From: Parvibaculum sp.
GTDB taxonomy: Bacteria > Pseudomonadota > Alphaproteobacteria > Parvibaculales > Parvibaculaceae
Length of the DNA: 64,000 bases
Reading direction: 5' to 3'
Assembly: GCA_002695905.1 (NCBI GenBank)
Contig: NZQM01000204.1
Location: 830-64,829 of the forward strand
Made by a program: the position numbers and the translations under genes. Shown here piece after piece: positions 1 to 9,598 of the stretch. The stretch's first letter is position 1. Each line of letters opens with the position of its first letter. The notes beneath the pieces were generated by a model. The model was not told the DNA's origin. It ran no database searches and was given only the letters and a program-made list of their open reading frames with translations.

Positions 1-1017
1 GATCCGGTTCACCCGAACGACCATGTGAACATGAGCCAGTCGTCAAACGACACATACCCAACGGCCATGCATATCGCCTGCGCAGAGCGCATCGTTCGCG
101 GCCTTATCCCATCTCTCAAACACCTGCATCAAGCGCTTGTCGCCAAGCAGAAGGCGTTCGATCACATCATCAAGATCGGCCGGACTCACACCCAAGATGC
201 GACACCCCTGACGCTTGGGCAAGAATTCTCCGGCTATGCAGCACAGGTGGCATCTGCCATTGAGCGGATCGAACTGACCCTTCCTGGTCTCCTGCAATTG
301 GCACAAGGTGGAACGGCTGTGGGCACCGGCCTCAATGCACCCATCGGCTTTGCTGAAAAAGTAGCCGACAATGTCGCAAACATTACGGGTCTGCCTTTCA
401 TCACCGCGCCAAACAAGTTTGAAAGCCTCGCCGCACACGACGCCATGGTCTTCTCGCACGGCGCGATCAATGCAGCGGGCGCTGCCCTCTTCAAGATCGC
501 CAATGATATACGCCTGTTGGGCTCCGGGCCCCGCTCAGGTCTCGGCGAGTTGGCACTTCCTGAAAATGAGCCAGGCTCATCCATCATGCCAGGCAAAGTA
601 AACCCGACGCAGTGTGAAGCGCTGACCCAGGTTTGTGCCCATGTTGCTGGCAACAATGCGGCGCTCACCTTCGCTGGCAGCCAGGGTCACTTTGAACTCA
701 ACGTCTACAACCCTATGATGGCCTACAACTTCCTACAGTCCGTTCAGTTGCTCGGAGATGCCGCAGTAAGCTTCACCGACAATTGTGTCGTAGGCATCGA
801 AGCACGTGAGGATAATATCAAGGCAGCACTCGAGCGCTCGCTCATGCTCGTCACCGCACTCGCCCCCACCATTGGCTACGACAATGCAGCGAAGATCGCG
901 AAGACCGCTCACAAAAACGGAACCACCCTTCGTGAAGAAGCCGTGGGCGGTGGTTATGTCACCGAAGAAGAATTCGACGCTGTCGTGCGTCCGGAAGATA
1001 TGATCGGACCGAAGTAA
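1..1017 (+). CDS. fumC: Class II fumarate hydratase, 5'-truncated by the window edge
   Basis: Frame open from base 1 ([18 protein letters not shown]); [10 protein letters not shown] and [11 protein letters not shown] signatures. Confidence 0.97.
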   Translation, partial: DPVHPNDHVNMSQSSNDTYPTAMHIACAERIVRGLIPSLKHLHQALVAKQKAFDHIIKIGRTHTQDATPLTLGQEFSGYAAQVASAIERIELTLPGLLQLAQGGTAVGTGLNAPIGFAEKVADNVANITGLPFITAPNKFESLAAHDAMVFSHGAINAAGAALFKIANDIRLLGSGPRSGLGELALPENEPGSSIMPGKVNPTQCEALTQVCAHVAGNNAALTFAGSQGHFELNVYNPMMAYNFLQSVQLLGDAAVSFTDNCVVGIEAREDNIKAALERSLMLVTALAPTIGYDNAAKIAKTAHKNGTTLREEAVGGGYVTEEEFDAVVRPEDMIGPK

Positions 1018-1029
1018 GACAGCACGCCC

Positions 1030-1266
1030 ATGTCAGCCCAGATCAAACGATCCATCACCATTTCCGGCCATCGCACGTCAATCACTCTGGAGCGGCCGTT
1101 CTGGGATGAATTGAAAGAGATCGCCTGCCGGAAAAAAGTGTCGGTCACCGAGCTTGTCCGCCAGATAGACTCACGCAGAGACGCATCCGGATCACTGACA
1201 AGCGCTATTCGGGTCTTCATTCTTGAGCAGCTGAAAAAGCAGCGATCCGACCTTCGCCAGGGCTAG
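1030..1266 (+). CDS. Ribbon-helix-helix domain protein (RHH_4-like)
   Basis: KRSITISGHRTSITLERPFWDELKEIA...SLTSAIRVFIL, typical of small alphaproteobacterial RHH proteins. Confidence 0.88.
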   Translation: MSAQIKRSITISGHRTSITLERPFWDELKEIACRKKVSVTELVRQIDSRRDASGSLTSAIRVFILEQLKKQRSDLRQG

Positions 1267-4200
1267 TTTGTTGGACGCTCAACAGGCGTCGGAGCCCCCG
1301 AACCCGGATCTTCCTGTAAAGCCCGGTCTTCAACGATCCCTTCAAGCGGCACATCCAACTCAGATCCCGCATCTGGCCCAACAATAAGATCGCGAAGTTC
1401 GTCTGGCAGGTCTTCGATCCCTGCCTCTTCAATGTCGCGAACCAATAGCGTCTGCGCCACAGCCTGTTGGATGGCCAAACTATCATTTCGACGCTCCAGT
1501 GCTTGGAAGGGCCCGGCGAGTACCATCGTCATCGGCGGCAACGGTTTGGCGCCGGTCAAAGTGACATCTGTTTCCACATCGGCTTCCAAGCGCACCAGAT
1601 CAGCAAGCGCCGTGACGTCCAGGCCGTTCGCACCTGAAACCTCCACCTCGTTGGGCACATATTTCAGAATGCCTTCGTCGATTGAGAAATCCCCCTCCAT
1701 CCGACTGTAACTAGTGCGACCATTATTGAGGTGCACAACCGCAACGGCATCAAAATCATCCATTGTCGACAAACCCTCTAAGGCCGTCCGGAACGCTTCA
1801 AGGTCAAAGCCGCGAAGCTCACCTTCTGTGATCGCGAGAGATCCTTTACCTGACAGAGTCGACACCAATCCAAGGAGACTGCGGCCCTGCCCTTCCAGCT
1901 GCAGACTCGCCGTTGCCTCACCGCTGGCCAACGCCTCGCCGAAGAACATTTCTGAGGCACGATCAACAGATATGTTTTCTGCGGCCAGCGTCAGTCCCAA
2001 GCCTGGCACACCATCACCTCCTTCAAAGCGAGCCCCCATGGTTAAGCGACCAGAGGCCAGTTCAGCTGTGACAGGCGTGAAGGACAGGACGCCATCGGCC
2101 AACGTCCCCTTTGCAGCAATGTCCTCCAGAACAAGGTCTGCAACACTGGCTTTTGAAACAGCAAGGGCCAGCGTCCCCTTCGCATCAGCGAGCGCTGACC
2201 AATCCAACGGATCGGCGGCCCAGGGATCAACCCCATCCGCAACAAACAAAGGATCAAGCGAGACTGAGCCGAGGTTGATATTTGCCTCAAAGGACGGAAT
2301 TGTTCCACCAAATTCCATTGCGCCACCGCCGGACACCCTGAAGGCACCCGCTATGCCTTCGACTTCACTCAGCCCAATACGATCAGATGCCCACTCCAAT
2401 CCACCACCGGCAACAAATGCGCCGTCCCGCGCATTCGCCGATATGAGATCAACAACCCCACCGTGCCAACCGGCAACCTGGCTTGCAAAACCAAATGTCG
2501 GCGCTGACATTTCGAACCGACCGTTGAACTGCGGCGCCTCAAAAAGCGCATTCGTTTTACCGGTGAGCAACCCGGTAAAACCGCCTGCAGCAAATCGTAG
2601 ACTGGTATCAAGCGAGCCTTCAGACTGGCCGGAAACCTGCACACGTAAGCGCCCGGCTCCGTCTACCGGCGCCGTCGGCACAACACCAAATTGATCCAGC
2701 AGGATCTGCGCAGTTCGATTTTCCAATGTGAGGACAAGATCCAGCTTATCTGCTGCAGGTGATGACTGAACGCGCTGTTGATTTGCAACCAGAGAAACGG
2801 AAGAACCCTCTACCTCACCGGACATCTCAAGGGACGCCACGTGACCTGCATCCGTCACCTCACCCCGCAGCACATAAGCGAGCACGCTCCCATCGGCCGA
2901 AGGAGCCGCCACATCGAGCAGCAAGCCGCCTAACGATAGTGCGAGCCCTGCATTAATTGTCCCCTCCAGACCACCCGTGGCGAAAGGCCCAATGTTGGAA
3001 ACGGTACCCACTGCTGAAATTTCATCCGTTCCGTCAAGTACGGCAGAAAACCGCTCGACAGACAAAACGCCATCGGAAAGAGAAGCGGAGACATCAACAT
3101 CTGTCAGGTCGGCAGCCGCCAACATGAGTTCATCAAACCCGAGGATCACATTCGCGTCGAACGACGAGGGGTCCATATTTTCATAGACGTTCTGCACATT
3201 CAGAAAACCGTCAAACCATGAAACATCCATGGACGCGCCGCGCAGTTCAACACTCAGAGCGGGACGCCCACGCAGCGCGAAGGAAAGCCCGCCAGTGACA
3301 GGCAGGGTGACTTTGCCATCCTCCACGCCCGCAACCATTGAAAGGGAATAGGCCTGCAGAAGCGACGGCTGTAGGGCCAGTTCCGTCTGAAGACGAAGGG
3401 ACTGAAAATCAACGTCCTTGGCGCGAGTTGCCAGCGGTTCTGATTGAGTCAACTCACTTGCCCAACGTGCCAGGGCAGATGGGTTGCCAACGTTAGCTTC
3501 CAGAGACCCATCAAAACGTGGCGTGCCCTGTGCAATGCTAAATATCCCTTTGACCTCTGTTGTTGTATCACCTGGAAATTCAGCGGACAGGGAGTCAAAC
3601 AGCAACGCGCCTTCCTCAATACGAACATCTGCTTGCACATTGGATGTACGAGCCGCACCGAAGCTAAGATCTACAACACGCAGATCAAGCGCACCGATAA
3701 GTGCTTCAGGAATTCGGAGGGTTTCAACAGGAAGGGCGGCAGCGTGGAAGCTTTCCAACATCTGGTCGACAGCAAGGCGCGCTCCTGAAAGATTCGCAGC
3801 AATATTGGGGTCACCTTCAAGACCAACTTCCGCCGCCCCCTTAAAGGTTGCATCCGCAAGAGAGAGTTCTACGTCGCGGAGCGAAATGGCCTCACTATTG
3901 CCAACAAAGCCCGCCGTCATTTGCAGGAAGGGCGAGACTTCTCCTTCAGATTCTATCTGCCCGAGACGAAACTCAAATGTGCCGTCAAGGCGCGCCGACA
4001 TGGTCGCATCGGTTGAAAGCCCTGAAAAGGAACTGGTCCAACCATGGTCGGGCGCAGCCAGATCGATATTTACAGGGAATGCCCGGTCACCACCGAAAGC
4101 ACCCATACTAAAAGACAATTCGTATGGTGCGCTGTCATACTCAAACTCCCCATCAAATCGCAGAGGTCCCACGAGAGAGGTGGCAATCAGCTCACCGTTT

Positions 4201-4718
4201 ACATTTAAAAGACGAGTCGTTTCGTTAGAAATGGCGTTGGTGAATAAAACCGCACCATTCTCAAACACCATGGAGTCGAGACTGACGGCTTGAGGATCAA
4301 TGGAGGCATCAAGCGTACTAACGCCATTACTGGCCCAGTTAATTTTTCCATCCTCATTGCGATTGACATGTGCGGTAAAATCTAGCGCGCGAATCCGCAC
4401 AATATCAATCTCAGCGCGCAGCAATGGCGCGAGGGCAACCTCACCTTCCAACGTACCAATGCGTGCAAGGGGCACATCGGCTCTGTCACCACCGATCGAC
4501 AATTCCCGTAGGCTAAACCGGGGTGCCGGCAGTATTACGAAATTGATGTCTCCACCGATTGTGACATCTCGCCCAACAGTCTCCGAGATCTGAGACTCAA
4601 TCTCTGCGCGAAACGCATTCCAGTCGACAATGCTCGGCCCCACAAGTGCAGCGAACAAAACCAGAATGACAAAGCCCGCTATATAAGAAAGAACCGAATT
4701 CACTAATGTCCGCTCCAC
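1263..4718 (-). CDS. AsmA family protein (bridge-like envelope protein)
   Basis: 1151 aa; N-terminal membrane anchor then P-x-x-VDWNAFRAEIE motif; long beta-rich body; exact start uncertain. Confidence 0.85.
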   Translation of the reverse strand: MERTLVNSVLSYIAGFVILVLFAALVGPSIVDWNAFRAEIESQISETVGRDVTIGGDINFVILPAPRFSLRELSIGGDRADVPLARIGTLEGEVALAPLLRAEIDIVRIRALDFTAHVNRNEDGKINWASNGVSTLDASIDPQAVSLDSMVFENGAVLFTNAISNETTRLLNVNGELIATSLVGPLRFDGEFEYDSAPYELSFSMGAFGGDRAFPVNIDLAAPDHGWTSSFSGLSTDATMSARLDGTFEFRLGQIESEGEVSPFLQMTAGFVGNSEAISLRDVELSLADATFKGAAEVGLEGDPNIAANLSGARLAVDQMLESFHAAALPVETLRIPEALIGALDLRVVDLSFGAARTSNVQADVRIEEGALLFDSLSAEFPGDTTTEVKGIFSIAQGTPRFDGSLEANVGNPSALARWASELTQSEPLATRAKDVDFQSLRLQTELALQPSLLQAYSLSMVAGVEDGKVTLPVTGGLSFALRGRPALSVELRGASMDVSWFDGFLNVQNVYENMDPSSFDANVILGFDELMLAAADLTDVDVSASLSDGVLSVERFSAVLDGTDEISAVGTVSNIGPFATGGLEGTINAGLALSLGGLLLDVAAPSADGSVLAYVLRGEVTDAGHVASLEMSGEVEGSSVSLVANQQRVQSSPAADKLDLVLTLENRTAQILLDQFGVVPTAPVDGAGRLRVQVSGQSEGSLDTSLRFAAGGFTGLLTGKTNALFEAPQFNGRFEMSAPTFGFASQVAGWHGGVVDLISANARDGAFVAGGGLEWASDRIGLSEVEGIAGAFRVSGGGAMEFGGTIPSFEANINLGSVSLDPLFVADGVDPWAADPLDWSALADAKGTLALAVSKASVADLVLEDIAAKGTLADGVLSFTPVTAELASGRLTMGARFEGGDGVPGLGLTLAAENISVDRASEMFFGEALASGEATASLQLEGQGRSLLGLVSTLSGKGSLAITEGELRGFDLEAFRTALEGLSTMDDFDAVAVVHLNNGRTSYSRMEGDFSIDEGILKYVPNEVEVSGANGLDVTALADLVRLEADVETDVTLTGAKPLPPMTMVLAGPFQALERRNDSLAIQQAVAQTLLVRDIEEAGIEDLPDELRDLIVGPDAGSELDVPLEGIVEDRALQEDPGSGAPTPVERPTN

Positions 4719-4823
4719 GCCCCCGAGACACCGTCATTTACCAGCGTCCTACTTGCTTTATTTTTGCTCTCATCGACACTGTTCCAAACCTGATGCCACG
4801 CAGAGCCGATTGGTAGACAAACT

Positions 4824-5066
4824 ATGGATTCTAAAGGCAAAAATATAGTCGATTTCGGGTCAGCACGAAAAAACCTGAAAAACAAAAAGAAGGCAGACCT
4901 GCGCGCTGCCAAAGAAAAACAGGCAGAAGAGAACCGAGTGAAGTTTGGGCGGACGAAAGCTGAAAAGAGCCGAGACAAACAAACCAAAGCACACAAGCAG
5001 AAACGGCACGATGGAAACAAGGTAGAACCCTTGTTTCCAGCCCCATCACAGGACCCAAAAGAATGA
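4824..5066 (+). CDS. DUF4169-like small basic protein
   Basis: EKQAEENRVKFGRTKAEK motif; Lys/Arg-rich; stop overlaps next ATG (ATGA). Confidence 0.8.
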   Translation: MDSKGKNIVDFGSARKNLKNKKKADLRAAKEKQAEENRVKFGRTKAEKSRDKQTKAHKQKRHDGNKVEPLFPAPSQDPKE

Positions 5067-6238
5067 GTTTAACGACCTCCCCGACACCCGGTCCCTTTGC
5101 TGGCCTCAAAATTATTGATCTGACACGGGTTTTAGCCGGTCCTTATTGCACCATGCTATTGGCCGACTTTGGCGCTGATGTCATCAAAATAGAGGTACCC
5201 GAACGGGGAGATGATGCGAGGCATATCGGTCCATTCATTGAAGACAAATCGACCTACTTTATGTCCCTCAACCGGGGAAAACGCTCCATAGCCTTAAATC
5301 TGAAAGACGACGAAGACCGCGAAACCTTCGAAATACTTTTAGAAACAGCCGATGTCGTCGTGGAAAACTACCGCCCAGGCGCGTTTGACAAGCTGGGCTA
5401 TGATTGGGAGACGCTTCACAAAAGATATCCCTCCCTCATCCTTGCCTCTGCCAGCGGATTTGGTCAGACCGGCCCCTATAGCAAAAGACCTGCCTATGAC
5501 ATGGTCGTACAGGCCATGGGGGGCATTATGAGCCTGACGGGCCACGAGGGGGATCCACCGACCCGTGTAGGATCATCTATTGGGGACATCGGTGCCGGCC
5601 TCTTCACTGCCATAGGTGTCGCCTCTGCGCTCTATCATCGTGAAAAAACCGGCGAAGCCACCCGCATCGACGTCGCGATGCTGGATTGTCAGGTTGCCAT
5701 CCTCGAAAACGGGATCGCCCGCTATCTCGCCACCGGCCAGATACCTGGTCGTCTAGGGTCCAGACACCCGTCCATTGCCCCTTTCCAGGCTTTTGCGACC
5801 GCTGACCGCCACATCGTGATCGCTGCAGGGAATGACATTCTATTTGCCCGCATGGCAAAGGCCATCGGCGAGTTGGACCTCATTGATGATGACCGTTTCG
5901 CCGACAATGATTTGCGTCGGCACAATGTCGATGCCCTGTCTGAAGCAATGGAGAAAACGCTGAAAACGCAACCAGCTGACCATTGGCTTACTGTTCTTGA
6001 GGATGCGGGCATCCCAAGTGGTCCAATAAACAATGTCGAACAGGTTCTCCAAGACCCCCAGGTGATCGCGCGCAATATGGTCATCCAGGCAAACGATCCG
6101 GATATTGGCCCAATCAAGATGCCGGGAAATCCGATCAAATTTTCAGCCTTCCCTGACCCGTCAGAACGCGCCGCCGCGCCAGCCCTGGATGGTGACCGGG
6201 ATGCTATACTCTCTGAAGCAGACCTGCCAAAAGCTTGA
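5063..6238 (+). CDS. Family III CoA-transferase (CaiB/BaiF)
   Basis: DLTRVLAGPYCTMLLAD-GADVIKIE, NRGKRS, ENYRPG and AYD (catalytic Asp) motifs. Confidence 0.95.
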   Translation: MSLTTSPTPGPFAGLKIIDLTRVLAGPYCTMLLADFGADVIKIEVPERGDDARHIGPFIEDKSTYFMSLNRGKRSIALNLKDDEDRETFEILLETADVVVENYRPGAFDKLGYDWETLHKRYPSLILASASGFGQTGPYSKRPAYDMVVQAMGGIMSLTGHEGDPPTRVGSSIGDIGAGLFTAIGVASALYHREKTGEATRIDVAMLDCQVAILENGIARYLATGQIPGRLGSRHPSIAPFQAFATADRHIVIAAGNDILFARMAKAIGELDLIDDDRFADNDLRRHNVDALSEAMEKTLKTQPADHWLTVLEDAGIPSGPINNVEQVLQDPQVIARNMVIQANDPDIGPIKMPGNPIKFSAFPDPSERAAAPALDGDRDAILSEADLPKA

Positions 6239-6273
6239 TCCAAGACCTTGATAAAGCCATTTGCTCATCTTAT

Positions 6274-6302
6274 TTGACAGGACATGACTGACCAGTCAGT
6301 AT
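6274..6302 (+). promoter_or_regulatory. Sigma70-type promoter of tetR overlapped by a palindromic operator
   Basis: TTGACA (6274-6279), 17 nt, CAGTAT (6297-6302); inverted repeats TGACTG-AC-CAGTCA (6285-6298) and ACTGAC-CA-GTCAGT (6287-6300). Confidence 0.7.
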
Positions 6303-6325
6303 TTTCTGCAAGGACGGAGTAAACC

Positions 6326-6961
6326 ATGGGTCTCAAACTTGTCGAAACGTCATCCGAGCCAAAAACCATCAAGCGGAACAATGAACGTCCCAAGCAGATA
6401 TTAAGTGCCGCAGTCGAGCTTTTTCGGGATCGGGGGTTCGAAGCAACGCGGTTGGAAGACGTGGCCGACAAAGCAGGTGTCTCCAAGGCGACGATCTATC
6501 TTTATTTTGAGAGCAAAGAGGACCTGTTTTTCGCCCTAATCCGAGAAAAAGTCATCCCCATGCTTGAGCAAACGATTGCCCAGGCAGAAGCATTCGAAGG
6601 GCCGGCATCTGAATTCTTGAGGCTCAAGGCCCAGAGCGTCGGACGCCTTTTTTCCCATTCTGAACAGGGCGCCATTCTAAAGCTGGTTGTCGCAGAAGCC
6701 CGCCGTTTTCCAGACCTGACCGAATATTACCGGACCGAAGTCCCAGAGCGGGGATTGGAAAACATTGCCAAAATGATCCGCCGCGGCATTAATGAAGGAG
6801 AGTTTCGTGAATGCGACGCTAAGGCCGCTGCAACTGCCTTCATGTTCCCATTGCTGATGACCGGAATTTGGATGAACTCCGTGGGGCCCGATGAAATCAT
6901 CGACCCGGATGCAACCATTAATTTCCATTGCGAGAACTTCATCCGTGGATTGAGCATCTAA
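6326..6961 (+). CDS. TetR/AcrR family transcriptional regulator
   Basis: ILSAAVELFRDRGFEATRLEDVADKAGVSKATIYLYFESKEDLF HTH; GGAG RBS. Confidence 0.96.
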   Translation: MGLKLVETSSEPKTIKRNNERPKQILSAAVELFRDRGFEATRLEDVADKAGVSKATIYLYFESKEDLFFALIREKVIPMLEQTIAQAEAFEGPASEFLRLKAQSVGRLFSHSEQGAILKLVVAEARRFPDLTEYYRTEVPERGLENIAKMIRRGINEGEFRECDAKAAATAFMFPLLMTGIWMNSVGPDEIIDPDATINFHCENFIRGLSI

Positions 6962-6997
6962 AGGGCTTCACATTCCCGTGCGCACCAACAAGTCAGC

Positions 6998-7053
6998 TTG
7001 ACCCCTCTCTCCCTCCCTGCTCTGATCCGATCAGAAGGTTGCAATTTGCAACC
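6998..7053 (+). promoter_or_regulatory. Candidate promoter and two perfect palindromes upstream of the dehalogenase
   Basis: TTGACC 6998-7003; TCTGATC-C-GATCAGA 7021-7035; GGTTGCAA-T-TTGCAACC 7037-7053. Confidence 0.55.
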
Positions 7054-7083
7054 CAAAATAGATCGGAAATTGGGGGATGACAC

Positions 7084-8073
7084 ATGGCACTGGATTTCGA
7101 ACTCACACGCCGGGGTATTTTGACGGCAGGTGCCGCGGCCAGTGCCGCCACCGCACTCCCTGCACATGCGAACGAAAAACCCATCAGTGCTGAGCCGCTC
7201 GCTTCAAAGCGCGCCAAGGCCCTCGATCTGGAAATGTCCTATGTCGAGATTGGGGAAGGCGATCCCATTCTCTTCCTCCATGGCAATCCAACATCCTCCT
7301 ACCTATGGCGAAACATCATGCCCTACGCAGCACCATTTGGCCGCTGCATCGCGCCAGACCTCATTGGCATGGGCGGGTCGGACAAACGTCCCTTGGTTGA
7401 GGGCGAAGACCCGGACGCCCGCTACGGGTTCTTTGAGCATCAGAAATATTTGGATGCTCTGCTGGAAAACCTCGGTGTGTCAGAAAACGTCACCCTGGTA
7501 ATTCACGATTGGGGATCAGCGCTTGGCTTCGATTGGGCCCGTCGCAACGAGGACAAGGTCAAAGGCATTTGTTTTATGGAGGGCTTCACAAGGCCCTTCT
7601 CCTATTCTGAGATGGATTGGTTTCCCTGGGTGATGTTCAAGTCATTCAAATCAGGTCTCGGCGATTGGCTAGTGCTTGAGCAAAACATGTTTGTGGAACA
7701 GGTCCTGCCTGCATCAGTACTGCGAGAGCTGAGCGAAGAAGAAATGAGCCACTACCGTGCGCCCTATTTGAATGCCGGTGAAGACAGGCGCCCCACCCTC
7801 ACTTGGCCCCGCGAAGTCCCCTTCGACGGTGAGCCGGAAGACACGCATGCCATAGTCGTCCAATTGTCAGAGTGGTTGCAGACCAACGACCTGCCCAAGC
7901 TATTTGTAAATGCAGAACCAGGCGCTTTGATCCAAGGCGAGGTGCGTGACTTCGTCCGAACCTGGAAGAACCAGGAGGAGATCACCGTGCGCGGCATTCA
8001 CTTCATTCAAGAAGACAGCCCCCACGAAATCGGCGCGGCACTCGAAAAATGGATACCAAAGGTGCAAGCCTAA
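7084..8073 (+). CDS. Haloalkane dehalogenase (HLD-II, DhaA/LinB-like) with a predicted Tat signal peptide
   Basis: HGNPTSSYLWR, PDLIGMG, HDWGS nucleophile elbow, FME acid, GIHFIQED base; N-terminal TRRGIL, Ala-rich h-region and AHA cleavage site. Confidence 0.92.
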   Translation: MALDFELTRRGILTAGAAASAATALPAHANEKPISAEPLASKRAKALDLEMSYVEIGEGDPILFLHGNPTSSYLWRNIMPYAAPFGRCIAPDLIGMGGSDKRPLVEGEDPDARYGFFEHQKYLDALLENLGVSENVTLVIHDWGSALGFDWARRNEDKVKGICFMEGFTRPFSYSEMDWFPWVMFKSFKSGLGDWLVLEQNMFVEQVLPASVLRELSEEEMSHYRAPYLNAGEDRRPTLTWPREVPFDGEPEDTHAIVVQLSEWLQTNDLPKLFVNAEPGALIQGEVRDFVRTWKNQEEITVRGIHFIQEDSPHEIGAALEKWIPKVQA

Positions 8074-8074
8074 G

Positions 8075-9478
8075 TCAGAGCGAAACGATCTTGCCAGGGT
8101 TGAGGATATTTTGCGGATCTAACGCCCGTTTGATGGTCCGCATCATATCAACGCCCTGACCGATCTCTTCTTCAAGAAAGGTCATCTTTCCAAGACCAAT
8201 CCCGTGCTCACCGGTACAGGTCCCTTCTAGCGCCAAGGCGCGACGCACCATGCGATCATGCAGCCGCCGCGCTTCTGCCATGTCCCGTCGGTTCTCTGGG
8301 TCGATCAACATAATCGTGTGAAAATTGCCGTCGCCTACATGACCGACAATCGGAGCTGTGAGGAACGAGGCGTCGAGATCCGCTTTCGTCTCCCGAAGGC
8401 ACCGAGCGAGATTGGAGATCGGCACACAAACATCTGTTGTCATGCCTTTTTTTCCCGGTTCCAAGGCCAGGGACGCGTAATAGGCATTGTGCCGAGCTTC
8501 CCAAAGCCGCGTCCGCTCTTCCGCGTTCGTGGTCCAGGTGAAGCCCCCACCTTGATACGCCGAGGCAATCGCTGCAAACCGTTCAGACTGCTCTTTAACA
8601 CTCGCATCGGTGCCGTGAAACTCCAGAAACAGCATCGGGCGCGGTGGCAGACCCAGGTTTGAATAGGCGTTGCAAGCAGCAACCTGCACCTCATCCAACA
8701 CTTCAATCCGCGCCACAGGTAAACCCGACTGAATAGTTTCAATCACCGCGTCGATCGCTCCATCAAGGCTCTCAAACGGACAGATACCACCTGCTATCGC
8801 TTCGGGAATTCCCTGCAACCGCAGCGTGAGTTCAGTAATAATCCCCAACGTCCCTTCCGAACCGACCAGCAAATGTGTCAGGTCATATCCGGCCGCAGAC
8901 TTACGGGCCCGCCCGCCTGTTGTGACGATCTCGCCAGTAGCGAGCACCGCAGTGACGCTCAACACGCTGTCCCGCATGGTGCCGTAGCGCACGGCATTCG
9001 TGCCCGACGCCCGCGTCGCCGCCATGCCTCCAAGGCTTGCATCTGCCCCAGGATCTATGGGGAAAAAGAGGCCGGTGTCCCGCAAATAGGTATTGAGCTG
9101 CTGGCGCGTCACACCCGGCTGAACACGGCAGTCTAAATCCGCCGCATGAACCTCAAGCACGTCATTCATTTGGGATAAATCGACGGTGACGCCACCGTGA
9201 ACCGCGCTCACCTGTCCCTCAAGGGACGTGCCGGTGCCAAACGCAATGACGGGCACCTGAGCAGCCGCACAAATCTTAACGATCTGCGCCACGTCCTCGG
9301 TCGAAGAGGCAAACGCCACCGCGTCCGGCGCCTGGGTTTCATGCCAGCTTTCGTCATGCCCGTGAGCATCCCGCACGGCAGCCCCCAGTTGAAGACGGTC
9401 GCCCAGCAAGTCCTGCAAATCAGAAACCACCCCCGCCAAACGGTCTTGATTCGTCTCTATCGTCAATCCGTCTTCCAT
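8075..9478 (-). CDS. FAD-linked oxidase, D-lactate dehydrogenase/GlcD family
   Basis: GTGTSLEG, FPIDPGADASLGGM, GSEGTLG, GHVGDGNFH, GEHGIG and DPQNILNPGK motifs. Confidence 0.93.
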   Translation of the reverse strand: MEDGLTIETNQDRLAGVVSDLQDLLGDRLQLGAAVRDAHGHDESWHETQAPDAVAFASSTEDVAQIVKICAAAQVPVIAFGTGTSLEGQVSAVHGGVTVDLSQMNDVLEVHAADLDCRVQPGVTRQQLNTYLRDTGLFFPIDPGADASLGGMAATRASGTNAVRYGTMRDSVLSVTAVLATGEIVTTGGRARKSAAGYDLTHLLVGSEGTLGIITELTLRLQGIPEAIAGGICPFESLDGAIDAVIETIQSGLPVARIEVLDEVQVAACNAYSNLGLPPRPMLFLEFHGTDASVKEQSERFAAIASAYQGGGFTWTTNAEERTRLWEARHNAYYASLALEPGKKGMTTDVCVPISNLARCLRETKADLDASFLTAPIVGHVGDGNFHTIMLIDPENRRDMAEARRLHDRMVRRALALEGTCTGEHGIGLGKMTFLEEEIGQGVDMMRTIKRALDPQNILNPGKIVSL

Positions 9479-9598
9479 CGCGTCACTTTAACACGGATTA
9501 TCTCGACAAACAGACCGGTTCCGGCCTTTGGCTTGGGTCGACACACAGGTTATGATCAAAAAAGCCCCATGTGTGGGCGTGACGGTAAGGAGTTGTCG

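Noticed and set aside
1432..4593. Series of long plus-strand ORFs (326 aa, 269 aa and others)
   Set aside because: Ser/Pro/Ala-rich antisense shadows of asmA
7084..8073. Possibility that the HLD is a Renilla-type luciferase
   Set aside because: It has the dehalogenase-type HGNP motif and there is no supporting context; kept only as an assay suggestion
9197..9598. Apparent N-terminal extension of the thioesterase
   Set aside because: Overlaps the divergent oxidoreductase gene; a strong RBS supports ATG 9599
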